From Alphaproteobacteria bacterium (GTDB lineage: Bacteria; Pseudomonadota; Alphaproteobacteria; MPNO01; UBA830), in NCBI GenBank assembly GCA_964291215.2, contig OZ219791.1, positions 3,392,001-3,456,000 on the forward strand: a stretch of 64,000 nucleotides of DNA. The letters run 5' to 3'. The translations under genes were made by a program, and so were the position numbers. This document shows positions 1 to 10,930 of the stretch, piece after piece. The notes beneath the pieces were generated by a model that was not told the origin of the DNA, did not search any database, and saw only the letters and a program-made list of their open reading frames with translations. How positions within the stretch are numbered: position 1 is the first letter of the stretch; every line of letters begins with the position of its first letter.

Positions 1-135
1 AGCGGCACCATGTACAAGGTGGCGAACCGGGAGGGCGTTGGCAGGAGCTATGCGCGCGCCAGCGGGCGCCGACCGGGGAGGCGAAGGATCTTTACGTGTT
101 TTCGCTGCGTCGTGACGCGGGATCGTTCGCCGCTT
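1..135 (+). pseudogene. Possible C-terminal remnant of a DUF4338 (DruA-like) protein
   Basis: Reads GTMYKVANREGVGRS...KDLYVFSL across a frameshift, resembling the DUF4338 C-terminal GTxYxAxNW...KDIxVYPL pattern; cut by the window edge. Confidence 0.3.
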
Positions 136-196
136 CCTGTGCGTGGGAGTTGCGGGCGCCGCTGGTCGGCGCAAGAGTTGCGCTCGATTTATCAGC

Positions 197-382
197 CCCC
201 GTTCCATAGTGAAGTGCAACACATGATGGGCTGTGGCCATGTGTTTTTAGACGCATGATGTTGCGGAGCTGTCCAGCAGCGGCGAGAGTTCCTGTACAAG
301 ATGGAGGGAGCTTGTTCATGTCCAAAGGCTACCGTCACCTACGAAGAGCGATGCCAGATTGAGGCGTTACAGAAAAGCGGTC
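197..382 (+). mobile_element. IS30-family left end and transposase start (fragment)
   Basis: IR CCCCGTTCCATAGTGAAGTGCAACA; near-identical to the reverse complement of ~57542-57710; ATG at 318 gives MSKGYRH...YEERCQIEAL; cut off by IS66 at 383. Confidence 0.85.
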
Positions 383-1880
383 GTATCTACTCACCCCTTG
401 TTGGGTTCTGATTGGTCGTAGTGCTCGTTGATGATGTCTGCGGCTTTTCCGTCGAGGGCGATCTGGGTGGCGACGAGTGGGTTGTAGCCGAGTGCGGCCA
501 TGGAGGTGAGGTAGCTTGAGCTCCGGCACCATGCTTTTGCGTGGAGCGGAAGCATCTGGACACCTTGACCTTTGCCATCCTGATTTTCTGTTCTCCGGCA
601 TTGTTGGTGAAGCTGACGTTGGGGTCGTCTGTGAAGCGCAGGTTTTCGTGTTTCACGAGACGTTCGTGCAGGTTGTGCGCGTTTGCGTCCACGTTTTCCT
701 TTCGGCGGGATGTCGGGCAGTTCCTCGGCGCCCTGAGTGAGGATGGTGCGGTAGCGCTTGCGCACGGCCCGGAGGTCGGCCTCGTTCAGGGTTTTGGATG
801 CGCTCTTGTTGACCTTGTGGCAGGGAGCAGGCTCTTCATCAGTCGCGCGGTAGCCTCGACGACAAAGGTCAGTTCGCGCAGCAGGTGGCTGCCGCACAGC
901 TGGTGGCTACACTGGCCCATGTACGAGGCCCAGGACGCCCTTGTAGCACGGGATGATGCCGATCTCTTGCTCGCGTTTGCGGTGCGGGAACTTGCACGTC
1001 AGGGTTCCACGACATGGAGCCACTTGCTGTTGATCCGAAATCATCGACATCGGGCGTTGCAGGAGGTGCGCCACGGCGGCCTCCTCCCATGACGCATCGT
1101 GAAAGCATAGCCGAGGCCTCGGAGAGCTTGATGCCGGAGATCGCCTGCACGAGCGCGACGGCGCAGGGACAGCATCTGGGCGACCAGCAGGTTGATGACG
1201 AGGGCTTGGATGCCGTACTGCACGGGATGTTTTCGGGGAACCGGCCCTTGGTTCGGGCCTTGCACTTCGGGCATTCCTCGGCGCGGCACGACCTCGAACA
1301 CGATGTCATAGAGGACGCGGCGCTCCCGATCGACGGGGCCGTCAGCGCCGCAGGCGTCGCAGGCCGCGACCGTTTCCTCGACGATGGTCTTGCGCAGGTT
1401 GTCGCCCATCTGCCGGTTCGGCTTCGGGCCGTTGCTCCCGGCACGCTCTTGTCCGTCTGTGACGGCGGCAGACCGGAGTTCCGGCTCGTGCGTGGTCTTC
1501 TCCAGAAGGACGACGATGATGATGTCGAGCAGGATGACGAAGACGCGGATAACGGCCTCTTCCGCCACCTTGCCGGCAGCGCCGCGGTCTTGGCCGCTTC
1601 GAACTCCTCGCGCGCCGCCCGTCGCCATCACCCGGCCTTGCGCTTCATCAGCGCGCCGCCTCCGAGATGCGTTTCCACATACAGATCATGCGGAGGCTGG
1701 AGCCCCGGAAGCAGCTGGCACAGCCCGCTCGTCGCCTTCGATCCAAAGTAGCCCACTGGCGATCCTCGTCGTTCTCGATGACCACCACTAAGCGAATCGG
1801 CATGCAGTGTCAAATCTCCACGAAAACCCGTTCGTTACTCTACCCCGACATCAAGCCGGAGCCAGGGGGTGAGCAGTTAC
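383..1880 (-). mobile_element. IS66-family element type A, copy 1 (degenerate transposase)
   Basis: Terminal IRs GTATCTACTCACCCC / GGGGTGAGCAGTTAC; fragment LRFTDDPNVSFTNNAGEQKIRMAKVK; many frameshifts; second copy at 10691-14001; no matching target duplication here. Confidence 0.9.
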
Positions 1881-1907
1881 AATTTTCAGACATCAGGTTG
1901 CGTAATC
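1881..1907. mobile_element. Isolated IS256-like terminal inverted repeat
   Basis: AATTTTCAGACATCAGGTTGCGTAATC resembles the IS256 end at 51404-51430 (AATTTCCAGACATCAAGTTACAGTACC). Confidence 0.55.
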
Positions 1908-2357
1908 GTTTCGGCCGACGGTTCACCCGCTCCTTGCGGCTGAGGGCGGCCTCCGGCCCCCGCAGCGCTTGCGCAAGCGCTCGACCGTCGCCGTGCCGCG
2001 ATGCCCAGCGCAATGTCGGCATCGACAAGTTGAGCGCCGTCGCGCCCTTCAGCATCAGGGCCTGTGCCCGGCGCCAGGCGGCCCCGGTGCCCGATCACCT
2101 TCAGATCCCGGCGCTCCTGCGCCGAAAGGGTTACCCGGTAGAGCTTCCTGCCCTGAGAGTTGGCCATATGCGCCGCTCCTGTCATTGCGCCGAAGACCTG
2201 CGGGCATGCCCGTTGTCCGGACCTGCGCATGGGGCCGCTGCTGCCTGCCTGTTCGGCATCTTGCCCGTGTGGATATCGGCACTGTCTGGATTCCAACCAG
2301 CGCCGACACGGAAATATTACCCACCAAAACCATCAATACAATGTCGGTGTGCTACTA
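1908..2357 (-). mobile_element. IS630-family 5' fragment
   Basis: MANSQGRKLYRVTLSAQERRDLK start; IR CCATCAATACAATGTCGGTGTGCTACTA; homologous to 10415-10690 plus 14002-14172, here without the IS66 insertion. Confidence 0.85.
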
Positions 2358-2399
2358 GGCAGTGCCTGAAGAAAGGGTCTCGTTAGCGAGGCGGGCAGC

Positions 2400-3790
2400 T
2401 TCCTCCGGACTGGTTGCAGGATCGAACGCGAGCGCGGAGGCCGCGAAACGCAGCGCCTTGTTCCTCAGATCCGGCGGTGCGCCGACCGCCGACTGCAGGA
2501 CGGCGACGACATCCCTCGCTTCCAGCGCCGGTCCAATTCCTGGCCCATGGCCGATTCGCCGTCCGTGAGGTGAATATCGAGCTTGAGGCCGAGGGCTTCG
2601 CCGACATGGAGGAACAGTTCCCGCGGTCTCGTCGCTTCATCCCGGTCCCACCGGGATGTCGATGACGCAGTGCGTCGCGCCGGCGGCCAGCTTCTTGGAA
2701 AGGATCGAGGAAACGGACCATCTGCCGGAATCGAGGCGGAGCGGCCGGGTGAGGGCGTTCATCACCTCGTCGAGCCGCGAATCGCTGAGCTTGCCATTCC
2801 AGACGAGGCACTCCCCGGTCTGACGCACGGTCTCGCGGGCTTCTCCGGCGTCGAGATCAACGCGCGCAAGGACTTCCAGTGTGTCGGCGGTCCCGGCCGG
2901 CGAGGCGATCGCACGCGAGGATGTGTTGGGAATCGTCATGCCGTGCGCGGCGACGATGGGCACGACGATCATCGAGATTCGGTTGCCCGGGGTGCCGCCC
3001 ATCGAGTGCTTGTCTGCGACCAGTTTCGCATCCCACTCCAGGCAGGTCGCGAATCCGCCCGTGCGCGGGCGAGCGCTGTCGTTTCGTCGCGGGTGAGCGT
3101 CTTGGTGACCGCGACCAGGAAATCCGCGATGTCTTGCTCGTCGAACTTGCCGCTGACGATGTCGGCGATCACGTCGCGATACTCGTCGTGGCCGAGCGCG
3201 AAGCCGGCGATCTTGCGCCGCAGGGGCTGGGAGACCGATCTTCCGATCTCGGAAAGCAGGGCATCTGTCATCTGAGCAACGCCGTCCTCGACGGTCGAGC
3301 TGTTGTCGATGATCCGCCGTTCCACGTTGTCCGGAATCGGTCCAGGGTTTCGTACGAGGCGGCGGCCAATGTCGTCGCGACTCTCCCGGCTGCGCACGGG
3401 GAGGCGCTGCCCCAGAACCTCCGGTGGGGCGGTGACTTCGAAAACGACCATGCGGGGGTAGCGAGAGGCAACTTCGTCGATAATCCCGCGCGAGACGTTG
3501 ACGACTACATGCCGGCCTAACTCGAGGTCGCAGGCATGGCGTTCCGGGATCCCGTACTGCAGGCCGTGCGCTTCCCAGTGGAGCATGAAGTCGCCGGCAT
3601 CGCGCCGCTTGTCAAAATCCGCTGGCGAGGCCTCTTCGTGAACTTCACCGCCCGCATCGGCGGGCCGCGTGATCACGCGGCTCGGAAAGACGAAACCAAG
3701 GTTTCCGATGAGTTGCGCACGCGTGCCGGCAAGCAGCGTATCCTTGCCGCTTCCGCTTGGGCCGACGACGAGAAACAGCGTGCCGGCCAT
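2400..3790 (-). pseudogene. phnN: PhnN (ribose 1,5-bisphosphokinase) fused to a thymidine/AMP phosphorylase-family domain; frameshifted and 3' truncated
   Basis: N-terminal [27 protein letters not shown]; same ORF continues into the phosphorylase N-domain; the next frame has [25 protein letters not shown]...[18 protein letters not shown] and [18 protein letters not shown]. Confidence 0.8.
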
Positions 3791-3795
3791 CTCGC

Positions 3796-4722
3796 CTACT
3801 GGCTGATGGTAACGTCGAGACCGATGTCCACCGCCGGGGCCGACTGAGTCATGCGGCCGACCGAGAGGGTGTCCACGCCCGATTCAGCCTTTTCCGCGAT
3901 GGTGTCGATCCGGATACCGCCGGAGGCCTCCGTGCGCGCGCGCCCGGCGATGATGCGAATACCCTCTCTCATCATTTCTGGCGGCATGTTGTCGAACATG
4001 ATCACATCGGCGCCCGCCGCTGCGGCTTCCTCGACCTGTTCCAGCGTGTCGCACTCGACCTCGATCTTGGTGAGGGCGGGGGTTAGGGTGCGCGCCTGTG
4101 CCACAGCGCGGGTGATCGAGCCGTGAACCGCGATATGGTTGTCCTTGATGATGATTCCGTCGTGCAAACCAAGCCGGTGAGGGCGTGCACCGCCGATGCA
4201 GGCAGCGTATTTGGAGAGCAGGCGCATGCCGGGGATCGTCTTGCGGGTGTCGATGAGTTGCGTGTTCGTATGGGAGATACGGTTCGCATATTCGTCGACG
4301 AGCGTGGCGATGCCGCACATGAACTGGAGAATGTTCAGAGATGTGCGCTCGATCGTCATGAGAGCCCGCGCGTTGCCGCGAACCCGCATCATGCGTGCGC
4401 CGGCGGCGATGCGTGCGCCGTCGGCCACTGCCAGATCGATCTGTGCCTCGGGTGCCAAGTGGCGGAACACTTCGGCGGCAACCTCTATGCCGGCAACGAC
4501 GATGTCCTGGCGCGTGTTCATCGCGAAATCCGCTGTTGCTTCGGGCGGAATGAGAATATTGGTTGTCAGGTCCTGGATGCCTTCGTCCTCCGCGACCCAG
4601 CCTTCGATCATGCGGTGGAGGTTTTCGCGCCGGGGCAGCAGGAATTCGGCACGGATATCGTCCGGCTGCGCACTTTCTGGATTCCCAGTCGTGGTATCGA
4701 GCGTTGCCATCCTAGACCCCAT
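3796..4722 (-). CDS. nadC: Nicotinate-nucleotide diphosphorylase (carboxylating), quinolinate phosphoribosyltransferase
   Basis: DTRKTIPG, HRLGLHDGIIIKDNHI, IEVECDT, IMFDNM, EASGGI motifs. Confidence 0.93.
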   Translation of the reverse strand: MGSRMATLDTTTGNPESAQPDDIRAEFLLPRRENLHRMIEGWVAEDEGIQDLTTNILIPPEATADFAMNTRQDIVVAGIEVAAEVFRHLAPEAQIDLAVADGARIAAGARMMRVRGNARALMTIERTSLNILQFMCGIATLVDEYANRISHTNTQLIDTRKTIPGMRLLSKYAACIGGARPHRLGLHDGIIIKDNHIAVHGSITRAVAQARTLTPALTKIEVECDTLEQVEEAAAAGADVIMFDNMPPEMMREGIRIIAGRARTEASGGIRIDTIAEKAESGVDTLSVGRMTQSAPAVDIGLDVTISQ

Positions 4723-4779
4723 GTCGTGATCTGGATCAATACATCAGGGGCTCAGCACCTGCAAGACCGGCGATCGCCG

Positions 4780-5790
4780 CGCTGTTTGCGGAAGCGCCAG
4801 CTGGAGAGGCTTCCGAAAGCGGCGCCGGAAGGCAAGCCGCTGCGCTCAACCATCGCGTGTTCGTCAACCATGGACAACAATTTCGGGGAAAGGGCTATCA
4901 GGGGCCCGGCCAACGGGCGGAAGTCCGGCTTCGGTTCCGACAGCATGGACGGCTGTCGGCGGTCATGTACACGGTCCTGTTCACGGTCGCGAGGAGCGGC
5001 CTCGACGTTCTGCGCTGGCTTGATGCCTGCGCGGAGAACGGCGGCCCGGCGATCCGTCGCCCTGGTTGCCGTGAGCCCGGAGAGGCGGCGGAGATTCGCG
5101 GCGCCGCCATGAGCGGCGAGGTCGAGTGCCGTTGCCATGGGCGCGATTTCATGGTCGCGCAGTGCTGCGACGATCACGGAGCGGACCCCATCGCCCGCGC
5201 CTTCTGCCGCCGCCGGCCCCGAAGCTGATCACACCGCCGCCCCGAAGACCCTCGACGAGCTCCGCCCGCCGACTTCCGGGTCGTGGGCACCTGGGAAGGC
5301 CGGTTGTGGAACGAGTTCGTCGTCCGCTGACACTGCCTCGGATACACGCGCCTGATCGGCGCGCAGATGCGCTACCATGCGGCGAGCCGCTGCTTCTCGA
5401 CCGCCGCATGGACCGCGCGCTGCAGCACCGCGCCCGTGCCCTGCGAGACCTTGGTCGAGGGCCCGCGCCGCGGCGTCTGCCGGCCGCGTCGGAACAACCA
5501 GCGGCCGCCACGACCGACATGACAGAAGCCGAAGAAGGAAATCTGGCCCGCTCCGCAAGGAGCGGACCCTCAATCGCTGAACCCTGCAACCGGCACAGGA
5601 TGGCGCTCAGCTCCTCCTCCGCAGTACCGGGAGAAAACCGCAACCAATGCGGAAAACACGGCATGGCGCCAGTGCCCCTCACCGCGCATCCCGGTGCACG
5701 AAACCGCTCCGGGTGACGCTGGAACTCCCTGACAAAAGCCCGTCAAACGGACGAAAACAACAACACCTCAGCGCACGAACGAACGCTTAC
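4780..5790 (+). mobile_element. IS66-family element type B, 3' partial copy
   Basis: MDNNFGERAIRG transposase tail; right IR GAACGAACGCTTAC; near-identical to ~16692-17662. Confidence 0.85.
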
Positions 5791-5799
5791 GCACCCTCT

Positions 5800-6189
5800 C
5801 CGACAGCTCGACATGTTCATCTTGATGCATGCGCTCTCCTTCACCCTGTGCAACATGGTGCACCTGACTAACTGGGTGCTGCACGGGCTCAGGGAACGGT
5901 TTCCGATGTCGGAGGCGCCGAATCTAAAGCGGTTGCCGAGCGAATATATGCAGTAAATGTACTTCACGACCCAGCCAATGGAACGGACGGACATGGAGCT
6001 TCTTGGGCGAGTTTCCGGGCGATGCGCGCGGAGACGCAGCTACTCTACGCCTCGGACTGGCCGCACTGGGATTTTGACTCCCCGGCGAGTGTCTACGATT
6101 TGCCGTTCCTGGACGAGGAGGCCAAGCGCAATATACTGGGGCGCAACGCCGCACGCCTTTTCGGGCTGCCCGATTCGACAGCGGCATGA
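5800..6189 (+). pseudogene. 3' remnant of an amidohydrolase_2 (LigW/ACMSD-like) gene
   Basis: MHALSFTLCNMVHLTNWVLHGLRERFP, YFTTQPME, LLYASDWPHWDFDSP...KRNILGRNAARLFGL across frameshifts and a stop; 5' end lost next to IS66. Confidence 0.75.
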
Positions 6190-6209
6190 AACCAGCAGAG
6201 GGAACGAGG

Positions 6210-6527
6210 ATGATTACTGTACTCGTGACATACAAGCTTCCGGAGGGTGTCGATCGCGATGCTGCACACAAGCTTTCGCAGCAGGCAGCGCCGCGGTTCC
6301 AGGGCATTCCGGGCCTGCAGAGCAAGCATTTTCTCTATCACCAGGCCCAGGGTCTTGGCGGCGGCTTCTACACCTGGGACACGCACGAGGCCGCTGAGGC
6401 CTTCCACAGCGAGGCCTGGCTCGATTCGATGGAGGAACGCATGGGATCAAGACCCGAACTGACATTCTTCGAGACTGCCGTGCGGGTCGACAACGCGGCA
6501 AACCGCATCGAGGTCGAGGCGGCATAG
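6210..6527 (+). CDS. YdhR-like dimeric alpha-beta barrel protein (putative monooxygenase)
   Basis: PGLQSKHFL...GGGFYTW motif; GAGG RBS before ATG 6210. Confidence 0.75.
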   Translation: MITVLVTYKLPEGVDRDAAHKLSQQAAPRFQGIPGLQSKHFLYHQAQGLGGGFYTWDTHEAAEAFHSEAWLDSMEERMGSRPELTFFETAVRVDNAANRIEVEAA

Positions 6528-6555
6528 GCGCTTCCTTTCCGGATCCGCAAGGGTT

Positions 6556-6750
6556 CCACGACGATCCCACGCTGCTAATCCGGCGACGACTGGCGAGATT
6601 TTCTCAGTTTGCGTCGCGTTGCAATCGTGCCGCCAAGGCTCGATGGGACCTTCTTGGCACGAAAATTGCGATCAAGGAGGCGATCTGTGATGAGCCGAGC
6701 CCCAACGCATTCGGATTTCGCGTCTCCGAATTAGCATGGGATCGTCGTGG
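6556..6750. repeat. ~190-bp MITE-like repeat, copy 1
   Basis: Terminal IR CCACGACGATCCCA...TGGGATCGTCGTGG; further copies at 8129, ~30416 and ~57797. Confidence 0.85.
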
Positions 6751-6919
6751 CAAGGGGCCGCCTGTTACTTTCGGTTCCTCGGGTACCGGCCTATACTGAT
6801 CGGGAAGTCCTGTTAGCGATCCTGTCATCGGCTAAGAATGGTTTCGGGACGTGTCGGGGAACCACGGCAGATTCGTCAAGTTGTGGCGAATATGCGCATT
6901 ACGGACAGCAGGAGGATAC

Positions 6920-7342
6920 ATGACTGACGGGATCAAGATCCTGAACCCGCCCGGTCTCGGACCGGCGCAGGGACTTTATTCCCAGGCTACGTTCGTGCCT
7001 GCAGGACTTGGGACATACCACATCGCGGGCCAGCTTTCGGTGGGTCAGGATGGCGAGATCGTCGGTGTTGGCGATTTCGAGGCGCAGTTCAATCAGGTCT
7101 ACGGCAACCTGAAGGCCGTGCTGAGCGCGCTCGGTGAAGACTGCGACAGCATCATCACCATGCGGACATTTCTTGTGCACTCGCAGTCCATTCCGAAATT
7201 CATGGAATTACGGGTAGCCCTGTTTCCCACGATCTTCACCGGGCCCGACTATCCGCCGAATACGCTCTTGGTGGTCGATCGGCTGGTAAAGGAAGAGTTT
7301 CTGCTTGAAGTCGAGGCGGTTGCCGCGAAGCTTCATGACTGA
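6920..7342 (+). CDS. RidA/YjgF family protein
   Basis: YSQA, IAGQL, PPNTLLVVDRL...LLEVEAVA; GGAGG RBS. Confidence 0.85.
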   Translation: MTDGIKILNPPGLGPAQGLYSQATFVPAGLGTYHIAGQLSVGQDGEIVGVGDFEAQFNQVYGNLKAVLSALGEDCDSIITMRTFLVHSQSIPKFMELRVALFPTIFTGPDYPPNTLLVVDRLVKEEFLLEVEAVAAKLHD

Positions 7343-7377
7343 ACTGACAGCGCGCGTTTCAGCTCGAGGAGGTCGCA

Positions 7378-8013
7378 ATGAGCCACGACTACGAACAGGT
7401 TTCCGGCCGCATCGTGCATGATGAGACGGTGCCGGCTCGCGCCGGATGGAGCCGCGTGATCAGCAAGGGGCAAGTGCTCCGGATCATCGATCTCGAAGGC
7501 CGGCAGGCGGTTGACTTTCTCTGTTACAACGCAGACGACTACGAGGATCGCTACGCCGCGGCCGATACGATGAAGATCAACCCGTCGGGGATATTCATAG
7601 GCAAGGATACGGTGCTCTACAGCGTGAACTGCAATCCGATGTTTACCGTCATCGAGGATACCTGCGGCAACCATGACACCATAGGCGGGTGCTGTTCCGA
7701 AGCGCTCAATCGTTTCCGCTACGGAGCCACCGGCGAGCCAAGTTGCCGCCAGAATTTCCTTGATCAGCTTGAGAGATACGGCATGGGTCCTAGGGACATT
7801 CCTGCGAACCTCAACTTTTTCATGTATGTGCCTGTAGGATCGGACGGATCCATGGATATGGGACCCAGTATATCCAAGCCGGGCAGCTACGTTGATCTCC
7901 GAGCAGAAAGGAACGTACTGGCGGTGATCTCGAACTGCCCCCAGATCAACAATCCGGTGAACGACTATAACCCCACGCCGATCCGGCTCATTGTCACGGA
8001 GTACGTGGCGTAG
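7378..8013 (+). CDS. DUF1989 / urea carboxylase-associated family protein
   Basis: LRIIDLEGRQAVDF, HDTIGGCCS, NLNFFMYVPV, ISNCPQINNP. Confidence 0.88.
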   Translation: MSHDYEQVSGRIVHDETVPARAGWSRVISKGQVLRIIDLEGRQAVDFLCYNADDYEDRYAAADTMKINPSGIFIGKDTVLYSVNCNPMFTVIEDTCGNHDTIGGCCSEALNRFRYGATGEPSCRQNFLDQLERYGMGPRDIPANLNFFMYVPVGSDGSMDMGPSISKPGSYVDLRAERNVLAVISNCPQINNPVNDYNPTPIRLIVTEYVA

Positions 8014-8128
8014 ACGTGATTGCGAGCCAGTGCGCATACGTGTTCGGCGGACAAGGCAATCTGGCGCAATCGCGCTGGAGAGTACGTTGTGAATGTGGTC
8101 GTTTTTACGAAACGTCCTGCCTCCGAGA

Positions 8129-8323
8129 CCACGGCGATCCCATGCTGATTCCGAGACGCGAAATCCAAAAGCGTTGGGGCTCGCGTCATCGCAGCTCGTC
8201 TCCTTGATCGCAATTTTTCGTGCCGAGAAGGCCCCATCGAGCCTTGGCGACACGATTGTAGCGCGACGTAAACTGAAAAAGTCTCGTCAGTCGTCGCTGG
8301 ATTAGTAGCGTCGGATCATCGTG
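8129..8323. repeat. ~190-bp MITE-like repeat, copy 2 (inverted relative to copy 1)
   Basis: Reverse-complement match to 6556-6750 with degenerate TIRs. Confidence 0.85.
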
Positions 8324-8629
8324 CCATCCATGCGGCAGTCCTTGCCGCAGTTCGGCGACTGCGTCGTCGGGATGAGTGGACATTCAGTCCGAATGAGATT
8401 GTCCGGGCTTTGCCACATGTCAACGCGAGTTCTGTTCACTCTCACATCGTCATCCGATGACGCGAGAACGCTCCGCAGAACCATCTGCACCGAGGGTCAT
8501 ATTTTTGTCGCTTGAGCCGAGGTGTCTACGAAATCCTGCCGTCGTTTCGTCGAGTCGAGCCCGAAGGATCGTCGGTACGGGAAGAGGACGTTGGCAATGG
8601 GCGGCGGCGCAGGGGCGCCCGGTGCTGAG

Positions 8630-8872
8630 GAATATCCACGATCGGCGATTCACGCCGTGGTGTCGGAAAGCGAAGGCTGGTACGTCGTTGAGTGCCTGGA
8701 GGTCGCCGTCGTCACCTAGGGCCGGTCCCTGGATGAGACGCTATCGAACTTGAAGAGCGCTCTGGAACCGCATCTTGATGAGGAAGAGGCCGCCCGGGCC
8801 GGTCTCCACCCGGCGCCGCGGCTGGTCGTCAACTACGAGACTTCGGCGCTGACCGCCTCATTGTGCCTCTGA
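8630..8872 (+). pseudogene. hicB: HicB-like antitoxin with an internal TAG
   Basis: IHAVVSESEGWYVVECLEVAVVT*GRSLDETLSNLKSALE; stop at 8717-8719 where Gln is expected; start uncertain. Confidence 0.7.
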
Positions 8873-9100
8873 ATCGCTTGACATGGAGGGAGGTGGTGAG
8901 GCTACTCGGTGACTTCGGTTTCGAAGTTGTCTTCACCATGGCCGCCACGCCAAACTTGTTCGCGTGCTGGCGTCTGTCGAACGACAAGTCCTGACGGTCC
9001 CGGTGCATTCGCAACTGGTCATCGGAACGGTGCAAACGATTTACCGTCAGGCAGCGAGATTTGTTCTAGGCGAGGAATTGCGCTCGAAGTTCTACGCCGA
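8863..9100 (+). pseudogene. hicA: HicA-like toxin, frameshifted
   Basis: LTWREVVRLLGDFGFEV...GRHAKLVR...LTVPVHSQLVIGTVQTIYRQA; frameshift near 8937. Confidence 0.7.
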
Positions 9101-10930
9101 TCGAGAGGCGTGGCACGAGCGGGTCATGCTGGCGCTGCTGCGGGAGACCGCGCCGGGGCTGGACGCTGCCGAGCGGCGTATCGTCGAGACCCTCGTGGAA
9201 GCCGAAACACCATTCTCGCAGCGCCAGACCAAGGAACGTGTTGTCATCCGGACGACCACCCTCGGAGCTGCTCCATGGACGTCCATGCGCGAACGATGTG
9301 TCCGGTGTGAGAACGAAACACCGCAGGGCACCGTCAACTCGCTTCTTGGCCGTTCAAGCGCTTGGGGGATGAAAGCCGTTGAAACCAGCGCTTAACCCCA
9401 GCGGCTCTTGAGCGGCAGCGCTCTCCGCAACTTACGGGGCAGTCCCCGATTTGCTGCGCGGCCTCCGAGCGTGACTATGGGAAATACGAGGCAACAATTC
9501 TCATACGGCCAACAGTGCCGACTTTGCTAGCAAGCTCCGTAAGTGCCGCAAAGAAAACGACCTGCCGTGAAGGTAGATCAACCGATTGCCGAGAGTTGGA
9601 GAGGCTAGTAGTATGAAATTATTGTATTGATGGATATAGAGACTTCAGTTTCGTCCGGGCATCCTTCGTCGTGAAACGCCAGTCGACGGTGACATCGCCC
9701 GCATTGCGCCGTTCCACCCATGCTGCCGTCTCCCGCCGCATGGTGTCACGGTCGGGAATGCGTCGCCGAAGGCACTGCCGCGACAGCGCACCGATCTCGG
9801 CCATGTTGAGCCAGCTTCCGTGCTTCGGCGTATAGCGAAACTCGAACCGCTTTCGTACCCGCCTCGCCTCTTCGGGCTCGAAGGCTTCATACAGTGACTG
9901 TGCGTGTTCAGATTGTCCAGCACGATCTTCCTGTCGGGGAAATGGTCGTCGGCAAGCTCCCGGATGAAGTGCGCCCAGTCCCGCGGCGGTCGATGACTTT
10001 CACCGTGCGTCAGTTCTCGTTGGGCGCGAAGGCCAGGAAGAGGTTGGCCGTGCCGTTGTGCTCATATTCATAGTCGACCACCTCCGGCTGACCGGAGGAC
10101 GGGGGATGCGGGTTTCCTTCGTCTGCTGCCGGCTGGTCTCAGCACCTCGTCCCCGGTAAAGTCCCGCTGATAAATGTCAAGTACGTCCGCCGCCACGAAC
10201 TGTGCGCTCCGGTGCGGTGGAATGCACCAGTACTGCTTCAGCCACGGCTTGATCTCTTTTTTTTAGCGTCTTCCTGACCGTCTCTTCTGAAATGCGCTCG
10301 ACAATCTCCATCTCCACCAGACGGCCGGCAAGCAGCTTCAGCGTCCACAGCCCTCGGGCGGGGACGAACAGGGCGATCAGCTTCGCCTCCATCGCCCCCG
10401 TTTCGGCCGGCGGTTCACCTGCTCCTTGCGGCTGAGGGCGGCGTCCAACCCCTCCAGGACGCAGCGCTTGCGCAAGCGCTCAATCGTCGCCGTGCCGATG
10501 CCCAGCCCTTGCGCAATGTCGGCATCGACAAGCGCCCCCTCAGCATCAGGACCTGTGCCCGGCGCCAGGCGGCCCCGGTGCCGTCGACGATCGCCTTCAG
10601 ATCCCGGCGCTCCTGCGCCGAAAGGGTTACCCGGTAGAGCTTCCTGCCCTGAGAGTTGGCCATATGCGCCGCTCCTATCATTGCGCCGAAGTATCTACTC
10701 ACCCCTTGTTGGGTTCTGATTGGCCATAGTGCTCGTTGATGATGTCTGCGGCTTTTCCGTCGAGGGCGATCTGGGTGGCAACGAGTGGGTTGTCGCCGAG
10801 TGCGGCCATGGAGGTGAGGTAGCTTGAGCCCCGGCACCATGCTTTTGCGTGGAGCGGAAGCATCCGGACACCTTGACCTTTGCCATCCTGATCTTCTGTT
10901 CTCCGGCATTGTTGGTGAAGCTGACGTTGG

